Source of the DNA: an uncultured virus (IMG/VR IMGVR_UViG_3300030294_000815)
Taxonomy: Duplodnaviria > Heunggongvirae > Uroviricota > Caudoviricetes
Length of the DNA: 64,000 nucleotides
IMG/VR virus record: IMGVR_UViG_3300030294_000815
Strand: one strand, 5' to 3'
Under the pieces are notes generated by a model. It worked only from the letters and a program-made list of their open reading frames with translations, searched no databases and was not told the origin of the DNA. Made by a program: the position numbers and the translations under genes. Shown piece by piece: positions 51,243 to 61,065 of this stretch. Position 1 is the stretch's first letter; the number at the start of each line of letters is the position of its first letter.

Positions 51243-51481
51243 TTTTGTACCCCCTTTGCCACCTGCAAAAGCAAACGGCGTATTATTTTTGCGTTTTCAG
51301 TAACAAGGCGTTTGTGTGGTACTCTTTCTTTCCACTCAAACTCCTTTCCCCTATTTTCATCTGCCAGTTTTCCGTAGTAGTGGTCTTCATGCGCCCTATT
51401 GTAACGTTCTAATAGCACTTGCTCCTGCACTAACTCCATATACAAGTATTCGATTGTAGCAAATATCGGTATTGTTTCCAC
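51239..51481 (-). CDS. hypothetical protein
   Basis: Coupled to the primase-helicase gene. Confidence 0.55.
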   Translation of the reverse strand: METIPIFATIEYLYMELVQEQVLLERYNRAHEDHYYGKLADENRGKEFEWKERVPHKRLVTENAKIIRRLLLQVAKGVQK

Positions 51482-54400
51482 TCAATCGTCCTCCTCTTCA
51501 AACATGCCATCAGCAAAGCAGAAACTAATGTAACTGTTAAAAAGTGCCGTCTTCCGTAGCCCGGAACTCGTTTTCGTTATCATGTTTTGCCTTGTGAGCA
51601 ATGTCGTAATTGCTTTCGCCTGATCTTTATTAATGTTCATCATGTCCTCAACATCTTTTACAGCTAAATAACGTTGGCGTGCGAACAGTTGAATGAACTC
51701 TCTGTATGTTGTGTCCTCTTTGAGCACGTCAAGCTTACGCAGCACTTCCTGTAGCTTTTGGTAGCCTTTTTCGTTTAAGTTTTCTTCCTTCATAGAAAGC
51801 TGCGCAAGGAAGTTTAAGCCACAGCCGGGCGCATTGTAGCAAAGCTTTAAATACTCAAAAATGTACTGAACATGCCCGGGATACACGACAAGCTTTTCAC
51901 CTGTTTCGTCGACCGCATGCGTAAGAGCCGCAAGTGCCGCCGCAAGCCGTGCCACTTTGTTTCTTTCATCTGAGGGAGAAACTAAAGGTACCTCGTTTGC
52001 CTTCCCGTAAATCTTTGAAAGCTTCGTAGAAACGTTTAGAATTTCTTCTACAGATTCAGGACTGAAAACGCACTGTTCCGGGGTCCGGCTCCATGCATAA
52101 AGCATGTTATCTTTAAGAGCTGTAGAGGACACCGACGACGGGAAAATACCTAGAACTTTGTTGTAGTTTTCCGGGTCAACATCTGACATTCTCATGCCAA
52201 TAGCAAAATCAAAACGGCGAATATCTTCGTTATTAAAAATGTCTTTGAGGGCTTCTACGCCTTGTGAGTAGTCCGCAAGACGCTTACCCTTAGGAACATT
52301 ACCGGAAAGAATTGCACGCACCCTGCAAGGCGTCTCAGCCGTTACAGCTCTTTTAACTTCAAGCTTTCCTTCGGAACGTGCCATTGTCATTTCGCCGTAT
52401 TGATCTTTTTCTATCCCGGTTGCTTCGTCAATCCAAATGAGTTCCTTATCGGCAAGTGGCCACGCACCCCAAACAATGTACCAAGCGCCGCCCGGTCCGG
52501 ATTGCTCCATTTTGTAAGTTAACCCGGTTCGCGAAGTACTTTCAGCGTTTACCTTTGAACCAAGTCCCGTAAACCGTATCATTTTTTCGATTAAAGCCGA
52601 TTTACCTGTACCGGTATCGCCGAGAACCATCAACTCTAACCAGCCTCTTATTGGTAATGTGTCCCACGGAACCCGTAATCTGAGTAACGAATGTTGTACT
52701 AAAAGCACCCCTAAGAGTGCTTCATCACGTTCTACTATATGGGTCACATTATAGGTTAGGTCTTTACAGAGCTGTTGGACTTGCTTGTCGATTGCTCCCG
52801 GGCTATAATCGCCACGCCACCCATTTTCTTTACTTTCCGGTAAATTTCTCCCGGGAATAAATATGCCCAGTTCGGCTTTGATTTCATCGGTAAGACGAAA
52901 GCTTTCAACCACATCTTGCAGCGGTTTAGCACTCTTGAGCAGAATGGTTCCTTCCTGATTTTTCGGATGGGGATAAACCCAACCACAGATTTCGTAGTAT
53001 TTATTTTCATCAATATTCAACTCCCCAAGGCTGTAGATTCTGCGCAAAACGTACCTTCCGGCCTTTTCGTCTTGTTTTTCTTCGGTTTCTGCCATCGGTA
53101 TAACCAGCAATTCGTCTACGTTTACATTTTCTAAAACGTCCATATTAAACCGGGCGCAACTTGGAATTTCTGATATTGTGCGTAAAAGCGTTTGAATTTG
53201 TTCATCTGTGCTGCCTGTCATCTGAATGAGTTCCCTATTTTTCCCGCCTAGGTTTTTATAGCCTATATGCGTTGGAAGTTCAAACAAAGGACACGTTTTC
53301 TTTTTACAGGTTTTATAGCCCCAACAAACATACTCTATGCGCTTCGGGATAATGAAAGGCGTTTGTTTCTTCCCGGCTATCATGACACGAGTTTTGATCA
53401 ATTTTCCGTTTAAAGCTGCCTGTCCGGTTTCTGACAAATGATACGTCTTAATTTCTGCTTGTTCTTCCTTGTCCATGATGCACGGACAAAGTTCACCGGA
53501 GCACTTAACGCGGTCATAATCTTTTTGGCCAACAGTACGTTCACCATGCAGACTGCGTATAAATGCACACCCAAATCTGTACTCATTGTCCTTAGCAAAA
53601 ATGGCGCTGACTACAGAACGCGTGTTTGCAATACGTTGCTCTTTTTGGTAGCCGTTTGCTGCACTCGTGAAGCGTAATACCCAGTCTTCCAAAGTTGACA
53701 ATGTTTCTTCTTTTGTGTAATTTGCGTCTTTAAAAAAGCAAGCAAGCTGAACGGTAGCCGAATTGCGGTCGCCTTGTTTCTTCCAGCCATTTTTCAAAAG
53801 GTCTTCAACGCAAGCCGGGTACTGATCTTTATAAAAGCTGTAGTTTACGTTGTCATAACGCGGTGAAGTTGTTACAGCTATTTGCTCATATTCGGTTTGC
53901 TTGTCTTTGAAAAAGTATGCAGCTTTGGGACGCGCATTAATTGACGATATGTCTTCCGGGAATACATCACGTGGCGTACTTGCTATTGCCTTTATTTCTT
54001 CAAGTGATAAGGTATGCAGCTCTTTTAAAGTTAGCTGCGTTTTATACAGCTTTGTTTTTTCATGTACCGAGTTCGGCAATCGAATCATGCGCTTTATCGT
54101 ATAGACAACGAGGTCTAACGCAGTTAAAGTCAAACGATAAACGAGATAGCTTGCAACATGTTTCATGATCTTGTGCAGGTCGCCGCATGGTTCTATACCT
54201 AATGACTTCTCGTGCATAAAAACGTGAAAGCCTTTGGAACCCGAAAAAAATATCTTTATGTCCTGTTCTTTTACGTCAAGTTCATTCATGAAGAAATCGA
54301 CAACTTTCACAGCGTCTTCTTGACTCTTTGCAGGGTTCTCAGCATCGTCAAAGTCGAAATATAAAGGCGAGATAAAATTCTCGCCTTTAACTTCCATCGG

Positions 54401-54571
54401 GTTTGCAAATTTTTGAACTGTAGCAAATACACTAAAGTTCTTCGCTTCTTTTTGTTGATACTCAGAAACACGATCAATTTGTATCCGTTTCCAGCTCTTC
54501 CGGTGCTCGCCCTGTACACTATGCCAACATTCTACAAAAATGAAATCTTCGATTGTTACCTCTTTGGACAT
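51482..54571 (-). CDS. AEP primase-polymerase fused to an MCM-type helicase
   Basis: YFDFD, SGSKGFH and RLPNS (AEP); GDTGTGKS, SRTGLT, LAD...IDE, RAILSGN and RRFD (MCM). Confidence 0.9.
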   Translation of the reverse strand: MSKEVTIEDFIFVECWHSVQGEHRKSWKRIQIDRVSEYQQKEAKNFSVFATVQKFANPMEVKGENFISPLYFDFDDAENPAKSQEDAVKVVDFFMNELDVKEQDIKIFFSGSKGFHVFMHEKSLGIEPCGDLHKIMKHVASYLVYRLTLTALDLVVYTIKRMIRLPNSVHEKTKLYKTQLTLKELHTLSLEEIKAIASTPRDVFPEDISSINARPKAAYFFKDKQTEYEQIAVTTSPRYDNVNYSFYKDQYPACVEDLLKNGWKKQGDRNSATVQLACFFKDANYTKEETLSTLEDWVLRFTSAANGYQKEQRIANTRSVVSAIFAKDNEYRFGCAFIRSLHGERTVGQKDYDRVKCSGELCPCIMDKEEQAEIKTYHLSETGQAALNGKLIKTRVMIAGKKQTPFIIPKRIEYVCWGYKTCKKKTCPLFELPTHIGYKNLGGKNRELIQMTGSTDEQIQTLLRTISEIPSCARFNMDVLENVNVDELLVIPMAETEEKQDEKAGRYVLRRIYSLGELNIDENKYYEICGWVYPHPKNQEGTILLKSAKPLQDVVESFRLTDEIKAELGIFIPGRNLPESKENGWRGDYSPGAIDKQVQQLCKDLTYNVTHIVERDEALLGVLLVQHSLLRLRVPWDTLPIRGWLELMVLGDTGTGKSALIEKMIRFTGLGSKVNAESTSRTGLTYKMEQSGPGGAWYIVWGAWPLADKELIWIDEATGIEKDQYGEMTMARSEGKLEVKRAVTAETPCRVRAILSGNVPKGKRLADYSQGVEALKDIFNNEDIRRFDFAIGMRMSDVDPENYNKVLGIFPSSVSSTALKDNMLYAWSRTPEQCVFSPESVEEILNVSTKLSKIYGKANEVPLVSPSDERNKVARLAAALAALTHAVDETGEKLVVYPGHVQYIFEYLKLCYNAPGCGLNFLAQLSMKEENLNEKGYQKLQEVLRKLDVLKEDTTYREFIQLFARQRYLAVKDVEDMMNINKDQAKAITTLLTRQNMITKTSSGLRKTALFNSYISFCFADGMFEEEDD

Positions 54572-54589
54572 AGTGGAATCCTCCTAAAC

Positions 54590-55330
54590 TTATGCTTCGA
54601 TACCGAAATCTGCCGGGTTAAACATTGCTACAGCTTCAAATACATACGCGAGATACGTGTCACTGCCCGAGCCTTTTTCTTCTTTGTTTGTAATGCGTGT
54701 AATAACTGCATTAATGCCTGTATGTTTTGGAATACTTTTTGATTTGTCGCCTTTAAATAAACGTGAAGCATATTGCCCAAAGCTGTAAGCACCTGTTTGC
54801 GGAAAGAATAAAATGTAGATAGCCGGGTCTTCTTTGATTGAGTCAACGAGCACGGTATAAGCAGCGTAATTGATTTTAATGTCTACAATTGAATAACGTT
54901 CGGAAGCTCCTGGAACAGCTTCAAAGTATTCAGTGAGTTTTTGTGCAGCTTCTTCTTGTGTCTTTTCAGCAACAATAATTTGACCGTCTTCCGGTGAGCC
55001 TTTAACGCCCCACAACATATAGCGTGTTTCGCCTTTTGCTATAACCACATCGAGTGTATCCCCAAATTCAACGGTTTCATCATTACGGAGCACGAACACA
55101 CCTTTTTTGTTCATTTTCAAGGATTCGCCCATTCTCACAAAATCAAAATCCATGTCGGCATTTACAGCTTTGAAGGCTTCTTGTTCGGCTTTCATGATCT
55201 GCGCTACGTAACTTGTTGTCTGCGCCGGAGTTGCGACCACCTGATTATTTACTGTTGCTACCTCAGCTTTTGGTGCTGTGTTCGTACCCTCAGTTGTTGG
55301 TTTTACTACGGTTTCTTTTGCAATTGCCAT
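54590..55330 (-). CDS. putative single-stranded DNA-binding / recombination protein
   Basis: Position next to the primase-helicase; acidic C-terminus; strong AGGAGG RBS. Confidence 0.5.
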   Translation of the reverse strand: MAIAKETVVKPTTEGTNTAPKAEVATVNNQVVATPAQTTSYVAQIMKAEQEAFKAVNADMDFDFVRMGESLKMNKKGVFVLRNDETVEFGDTLDVVIAKGETRYMLWGVKGSPEDGQIIVAEKTQEEAAQKLTEYFEAVPGASERYSIVDIKINYAAYTVLVDSIKEDPAIYILFFPQTGAYSFGQYASRLFKGDKSKSIPKHTGINAVITRITNKEEKGSGSDTYLAYVFEAVAMFNPADFGIEA

Positions 55331-55379
55331 TTGTATAATTCCTCCTGTTTTGTACTTATTTTGTCTAATTCATAGGCAT

Positions 55380-55529
55380 ACGTGGTCCCGGGAGTCTAAC
55401 CCGGCACAAGTGCTCTTTATTGTTTTAAAAGAACGCCATAGGTTTATCACTTGTTACCCGCTTGCGACTACGGTGCGTGTTACTCCTGAATTTAATCAAA
55501 GGTCATATCCTCGCCACGCCGAACCACGT
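55380..55529 (-). ncRNA. tRNA-like cloverleaf RNA with expanded D-loop and variable arm
   Basis: Acceptor CGTGGTT/GACCACG, D-stem GCGTG/CACGC, T-arm CCGGG-TTAGACT-CCCGG. Confidence 0.6.
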
Positions 55530-55531
55530 CA

Positions 55532-56074
55532 TTACTTCTTATCAATAAAAGTAGCTGTAAGGTCAGCAATATGCAATTTAACAGCTAACGGATATTTGTC
55601 AAACGCTTGTGTTATAGCGTATTTTCCACTTGCCTCACTCGCGTCGCTAGTCCCCATATGCCAACGAATTGCGGCTGCCTCTTCATCTGTGACATTAAAG
55701 AATTTTGTTACAAGGTAAAGTGATTTTTCACCGTGACCCATCGGGAGTTGATCTTCTATAGCATAGTAAGGAACTTGCTGCCAATGTCCGTCTTCGTCTT
55801 TAACATTACGTGATGATATTATATAGAAATTTTCCTTACAAATATCATGCACAAGAGCAACAAATTGTGCTGATTCTGTCTGTTCCATATGCGACGCTAC
55901 AGCTAATGAGTGCGCGCATAAGCCTCCTTTTTCTGCACCGTGATACTTTGTTGAGGCAGGTGCTTCAAAGAAGTCTGTGCCTTCGAGCCATTGCATAAAC
56001 TTTTCGTTCATGCCATTACGGCTCAATTCGCTAATAAAACGGACACGATTAGCATAAATCTCTTTTTCTGTCAT
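55532..56074 (-). CDS. HD-domain phosphohydrolase
   Basis: APAS.KYH....GGL..HSL.V, HD.CK, GHGEKS, IRWHM and AD motifs. Confidence 0.9.
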   Translation of the reverse strand: MTEKEIYANRVRFISELSRNGMNEKFMQWLEGTDFFEAPASTKYHGAEKGGLCAHSLAVASHMEQTESAQFVALVHDICKENFYIISSRNVKDEDGHWQQVPYYAIEDQLPMGHGEKSLYLVTKFFNVTDEEAAAIRWHMGTSDASEASGKYAITQAFDKYPLAVKLHIADLTATFIDKK

Positions 56075-56289
56075 GCAGTAACCTTCTTCCCTCTTAGGCG
56101 ATCAAACTTCAATTTATTTTTGAAACATAATGCGCAGTAATATTCGCCTTCATAAGCGTACAACGTCACACCGTTAAACTTTCCTGTGGTATGTGCACCA
56201 CAAGCCGTGCATTTCTGCAATCCTCTAGCATTTGCGAAACGTTTCATCAATTTGCGCTGTTTGCCTGTTTCATTTTTAAACTTGTCCAT
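56071..56289 (-). CDS. zinc-finger hypothetical protein
   Basis: CTAC...CALC. Confidence 0.6.
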   Translation of the reverse strand: MDKFKNETGKQRKLMKRFANARGLQKCTACGAHTTGKFNGVTLYAYEGEYYCALCFKNKLKFDRLRGKKVTA

Positions 56290-56327
56290 TGCATTCTCCT
56301 TTTGTACATAATTTGTACAATTTATTT

Positions 56328-58013
56328 TTAATATTTAAGACCTTCGAGTAATTTACAAAGGTCTTCTTGCGTAGTTCGTTCTTTTTTAGGACATTTCAAA
56401 CCTAATCTTGTATAAACAGTTCTTCTTGACGAGTACTGTGATTTTAAAACACCGACTTTATAATCTACGTAATCCCACCAAGTGGCTATTTTATTAGGGT
56501 TTTTCGGGTCGCTTCGCATGATACGACCGATTGCCTGTTCTACTGAAGCACCATTTTTACCGCCGGCCGCGTCACCACGCTTCGGTGTTGTCAAATGTCC
56601 ATGCTGTAGAAAGGGAAGGTCTAAGCCCTCTTGTACAAGTTGTCCGGTGGCAATTAAAATATCAATACAACCTTTGTTTGCTCTATCCATAATATCTGCA
56701 CGTCGCACTTTTGAAATGTCCCATGCTTTGAATTCTTCCGCGGTATACTGACTCGCCCTGATTTTCCAGCGTCTTGCACTTTTATCGTACTTACATTCGA
56801 CAGCTTTTCCCATTTCGACAAGCTTTTTCGCCTCCTTTTCACTACTACATACAATCCAACTCAGTCGTTGCAGTGGACCATGTACTACAGCTATGCGCGG
56901 TACTTGTTTTCCTTTTTTTGTGTACTCTTCTCGTATACACTTTTCAAGTTTATGGCAATACGGCTTGCTATCTGCTATAACAAGCTGATAGCCTTTTTGC
57001 TCAGAAACCGTTTGAGCAATAAGTTCGGCTCGTTCATCGTCCGCAATTAGCTTGTCTAATAGTTCCCGGTAGTCAAGCTGCTCGCCGCCCGCATCGACTG
57101 AATTAATTGCATTTCGAATTGAGGCTTGTTCGTAACTAAATTCCGTAAAAATGAACCTAATTTCCGGCTTTACGAGTTTTCCTGTTTCGTATAAATCTGC
57201 ACGAGATAGCTCATAAAGTTTAGGTCCAACACCCATATACATATACATTTCAAGACCATCTTTACGGTCAGGCGTTGCCGTAAGTCCTACAACTCTACAC
57301 GCCTTTAGCTTACCTATTGTGTCTAAAAAAGACGTTGCAGGCAGGTGATGGCATTCATCTACAATAACAACACCTACTATCGCGTTAAGCTGTTCAATCA
57401 GATCAGGGCGCGATTGCAGTGTTTGCAACGAGGCTATGATAAGATTACCGTCGCCCCATGTACTTTTTCCACCGCCAAACATTCCAATTTCACCAATGTC
57501 AGGCATATACTGCTTTGCCCGATCAGCCGCTTGCTTCATGAGATCGATCGTATGCGTGAGCCAAAGAGCTGTAACGATACTGTCATGAATGATACGAAGT
57601 CCGATTAACGTTTTACCGCCCCCGGCTGGTGCCACTATGCAGCCACTATTCCAAATGCCGTACTCTACAGCCTTTAATTGTTGCTCACGCGGTTCGTAAC
57701 GCGGGTTCCATTTTCCGAAATTCGCACTACGGCCAAGTGTGACATCATCTGATTGACAGTATTTCATATCTTGATAGCCGTCTACAATAAGCTTCCATAG
57801 TCTGCCGTAGTAACCTCGTGGCAGGATGTATATGCCGCCCTCTTGACTGTATAGCTTTAACTTCGGGTCACAGCCCCATGTAGGCTGTCTACGCACTTTT
57901 CTTTTCTTATACTCAGGATTATCAATGGTCAAGTCTTTTGTGAACTGTAGCACGAGCGGAGCAGGCGCGCCACTGATTCTAATGTTATTCGATACAATTA
58001 CCTGCGTAGCCAT
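56328..58013 (-). CDS. SF2 DEAD/DEAH-box helicase
   Basis: PAGGGKT, DECHH, TATP.R.DG, EGLD and QAIGRIMR motifs. Confidence 0.9.
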   Translation of the reverse strand: MATQVIVSNNIRISGAPAPLVLQFTKDLTIDNPEYKKRKVRRQPTWGCDPKLKLYSQEGGIYILPRGYYGRLWKLIVDGYQDMKYCQSDDVTLGRSANFGKWNPRYEPREQQLKAVEYGIWNSGCIVAPAGGGKTLIGLRIIHDSIVTALWLTHTIDLMKQAADRAKQYMPDIGEIGMFGGGKSTWGDGNLIIASLQTLQSRPDLIEQLNAIVGVVIVDECHHLPATSFLDTIGKLKACRVVGLTATPDRKDGLEMYMYMGVGPKLYELSRADLYETGKLVKPEIRFIFTEFSYEQASIRNAINSVDAGGEQLDYRELLDKLIADDERAELIAQTVSEQKGYQLVIADSKPYCHKLEKCIREEYTKKGKQVPRIAVVHGPLQRLSWIVCSSEKEAKKLVEMGKAVECKYDKSARRWKIRASQYTAEEFKAWDISKVRRADIMDRANKGCIDILIATGQLVQEGLDLPFLQHGHLTTPKRGDAAGGKNGASVEQAIGRIMRSDPKNPNKIATWWDYVDYKVGVLKSQYSSRRTVYTRLGLKCPKKERTTQEDLCKLLEGLKY

Positions 58014-58543
58014 TCCCTCCCTTCGATGAATTTAACTAATGGCCGTAAGTCGTAAACATCGACTAAGAATTTCTCTTTCTCTTGGCAAGACGCTAACCGG
58101 GGTATTTCTACAGCCAGGCCTTCGTAAACCGCGTCGCTTATCTCCTTTATAGACAAGTACATTCGGTTTTTTCTTTCGCACAAGTTCAGAAACGTACTGA
58201 TTGCAATGGCATAAGCTGTATCGTAAGTGTCGTCTACAAAGGATACGAGCACCATTCCGAAGTTATTGCCGCCTGCGTGCATAAAATCAATCAAGCCGCC
58301 AAGTTGGTTCGTTCGTAAATCGGATATGCACAACATTCCGTCAGCCTTACGCTTTAATTCGTTTAACAAGCGGTCTTCACTAAGAAGCACTATTTCGTCG
58401 GCAGGTCGGCTACCGCAGTCATCAGATATTCGCATACGCCAGCAATCCGGGATAAGCCGCCAGCTTGCTTTTATTTCATTTTGAAAGGCTTCGCCTCTTG
58501 CACGTTTCTCGTACTGTGACTCGGAACTGTGACTCGTTCTCAT
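57998..58543 (-). CDS. RecU-like Holliday junction resolvase
   Basis: RG..FQ.E, R..D, PAD....ELK and Q motifs. Confidence 0.65.
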   Translation of the reverse strand: MRTSHSSESQYEKRARGEAFQNEIKASWRLIPDCWRMRISDDCGSRPADEIVLLSEDRLLNELKRKADGMLCISDLRTNQLGGLIDFMHAGGNNFGMVLVSFVDDTYDTAYAIAISTFLNLCERKNRMYLSIKEISDAVYEGLAVEIPRLASCQEKEKFLVDVYDLRPLVKFIEGREWLRR

Positions 58544-58890
58544 TTTTCAACAACTTCTTTATACCCTGATCTCCAGCCTTCGCTTAAGCACACCTTCGGC
58601 GCTTTCAGAGTTTTTTGAGCGTAAATTTCAACATCAGCATACCAGTCTAATTCCTTTTGGGCCTCCTCAATGATCTGTTTTGTCATTTCCTGACTACTAT
58701 CTGCACTAAGCTGTAATGTTGCAAGTAACGCCTTGCGTTTAGCTTCAAAGTCTTCTTTGTAATCTACAGGTTCTAAAGCTTCTAACGCAAGAACTTCTCC
58801 AGCTTGTTTTGCCGCCAATTTTTCAAGAACAACCTGTAATGGAACGCTAAACTCTGATTCATCAGGCATTGTGATTATTACATATTTCAT
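58540..58890 (-). CDS. hypothetical protein
   Basis: GGAGG RBS; in operon. Confidence 0.6.
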   Translation of the reverse strand: MKYVIITMPDESEFSVPLQVVLEKLAAKQAGEVLALEALEPVDYKEDFEAKRKALLATLQLSADSSQEMTKQIIEEAQKELDWYADVEIYAQKTLKAPKVCLSEGWRSGYKEVVEK

Positions 58891-58892
58891 AA

Positions 58893-59429
58893 TTATCGTC
58901 CTCCTAAAAATTCTAGTAACGCTGCTTGTAGCGTAGCTTTTTTCTGAGCGGATTCCGTAGCCAGTTTCAAGGCTTCTCTATCCGTTCTTTCCTGCTGTAT
59001 TTTTGCGTCAATTGCTTCTAGCTGACCCTCAACTCCAGCAAGTTCCGTGCGCTGTTTTGTCGTTTTAACCCGGCGGAACGCGTCGCGCTGTGTTTCATTT
59101 TTTAAAGTGACAAAATTAGGGTCTTCCATAATTGCCGACGCTTCAGCAAGTTTAATTTCTGTTTCCAGTTCCCGACGTCTTTTTAAAAGAGCGGGTTTTT
59201 CGTCGCCCTCATTACGAACTAACATAATTTCATTTGCTCCAACTTCAAGCATATCCATAGTATGTGTAAGACTTTCAACACTTAAAATATCGGCGTACTT
59301 AGCTGGAATTTCGCGAAATGCTACAGGTTTACGAAATTCTGCCACAGCTTCTTTAATAACATTGCTAAAACTTTCTACCACTGATTCTTCGCAGGCTAAT
59401 TCATTTGGTTTTCCTTCGTTTTTTAACAT
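58893..59429 (-). CDS. coiled-coil hypothetical protein
   Basis: In operon. Confidence 0.6.
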   Translation of the reverse strand: MLKNEGKPNELACEESVVESFSNVIKEAVAEFRKPVAFREIPAKYADILSVESLTHTMDMLEVGANEIMLVRNEGDEKPALLKRRRELETEIKLAEASAIMEDPNFVTLKNETQRDAFRRVKTTKQRTELAGVEGQLEAIDAKIQQERTDREALKLATESAQKKATLQAALLEFLGGR

Positions 59430-59539
59430 GTTTTAAATCCCCTTTTATATGTTGATCGTTGATCGTTAATATGTTGTTCCGAACGGTCGTGCAATCCACA
59501 CACACTCCGTTTATTGGTTATGATTCACGGGTAACACCT

Positions 59540-60100
59540 CTATTTGGTGTTTTCAGACATTTTCTGCATTGCTTTTAAAATCACTTCTAAAGGTGACATT
59601 TGGCTTTCTGCGCCCTTCCTAAGCACAGCCTTTATATCGTCCTTACTTATGGGTACACCTTCATTTAATGCAGCAAGGTACTTTTCATGATCTACGTGAA
59701 CTCCCTGCATCATAGCATCTTGAATAAGCTTAGAAGGATCAACTGCGTATTTATCGACCAACTGTTTTAAAGTGGCTCCGTTTTCAAAAGCGTTAGCGCC
59801 AACACGCATAGCCCCTAGTGCTGCCGTAGTGGATAATTTTGGCGTTCTTACGCTAACCTGTGCTCCCTCGCGACTCGTAGGAAAACCGCCTTCTTTTATC
59901 TTTCTTAGTTCTTCGGAAAACTGAACGGCCACAGCTACTTCAGCAGGCGTCATTGTTGCCAGGATAGCTGCCGTAAGTTCCAGTTTTTCTGCTCTCGTTG
60001 TTTCTGCGTCAACCTGCGCGCCGCCTTTGCACATATGTGCTAGAATAAATGTTCCTGTTTCTACTTCTTTCTTAGTTCTGTCATTTTTAGCTTTTAACAT
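59540..60100 (-). CDS. hypothetical protein
   Basis: Coupled to the nuclease gene. Confidence 0.6.
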   Translation of the reverse strand: MLKAKNDRTKKEVETGTFILAHMCKGGAQVDAETTRAEKLELTAAILATMTPAEVAVAVQFSEELRKIKEGGFPTSREGAQVSVRTPKLSTTAALGAMRVGANAFENGATLKQLVDKYAVDPSKLIQDAMMQGVHVDHEKYLAALNEGVPISKDDIKAVLRKGAESQMSPLEVILKAMQKMSENTK

Positions 60101-61065
60101 GCTTGCACACTCCCTATAAGTTCTAATGTTTTATCAATAACGTTTTGTTGTATTTTTTCCTGCTTCGAAATCTGATCGATAATATCAGGAATGTTTAACT
60201 TTACAGCCTTTCCATCTGCCTGTATTAAAGCTGTAAATTCTTCCATTGCATATTGCCGTTCTTGATTTTCTACGATCTTGCTACGGTCGAGCACTTCGTC
60301 GCCCGGTTTAGCACATTTAAGCGGTACTAAGCTTATTTCTTCCGCTGCTGTGTCAATAATGGCAACTTGAATTGTTCTGTCTATTTCTGCCTGACTTGCT
60401 GAAATTCGCATCAAGGCTCCTGGATTACAAAATAGTTTTCCATCGTGACGCTTAATGACGCCAAAACCCGTATGATCGTGACCTGATAAAATGATCTTTG
60501 CGTTTGTGTCCACATGGTACAAATTTGTTGAGCGCCCCTCATACGGTAATTCGTGATCTAAAAGCATGCCATGCACTACGAGAATATTTGTAAGCTGTTC
60601 ATACTCGCACATTTGGTAGCCGACTGGACTTGTGTCAATATCTGTTCTGTACGGATTAAACCCTACGTGAACTGTGTCATCCAAGCTATTCGGTTCCGGG
60701 TTATGCTTCCTAATATCCTGCGAAATCTGAATAACATGGAAGTTAGGCACGAGTAGTTCTAAAAGCTGTAGACTGGTTCGGCCAAAAGTATCAAGATTAT
60801 AACCATACACATCGTGATTACCTATCGTACAGTAAATCGGACAAGGCGCATCTTTAAACACCTTAGCAAATTCAAGCAGGGTACTGATTGCAACTTCCGG
60901 GCTATGAAAAATATCTCCCGGCTGTAAAATCGCTTCAACCTTGTTAACGGCTGCTATCTGCCAAACCTCGTAAAGCTTCAGCTTGCAGGCTTCTTTGTAA
61001 TCATCAATACGGTTTCTTGGATTGTTGCCGCGGATATGAATGTCACCCATGAATAGTAGCTTCAT
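60094..61065 (-). CDS. SbcD/Mre11-like metallophosphoesterase nuclease
   Basis: GDIH, GDIF, GNHD, VHG, SGHDH and NPGAL.R motifs. Confidence 0.9.
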   Translation of the reverse strand: MKLLFMGDIHIRGNNPRNRIDDYKEACKLKLYEVWQIAAVNKVEAILQPGDIFHSPEVAISTLLEFAKVFKDAPCPIYCTIGNHDVYGYNLDTFGRTSLQLLELLVPNFHVIQISQDIRKHNPEPNSLDDTVHVGFNPYRTDIDTSPVGYQMCEYEQLTNILVVHGMLLDHELPYEGRSTNLYHVDTNAKIILSGHDHTGFGVIKRHDGKLFCNPGALMRISASQAEIDRTIQVAIIDTAAEEISLVPLKCAKPGDEVLDRSKIVENQERQYAMEEFTALIQADGKAVKLNIPDIIDQISKQEKIQQNVIDKTLELIGSVQAC

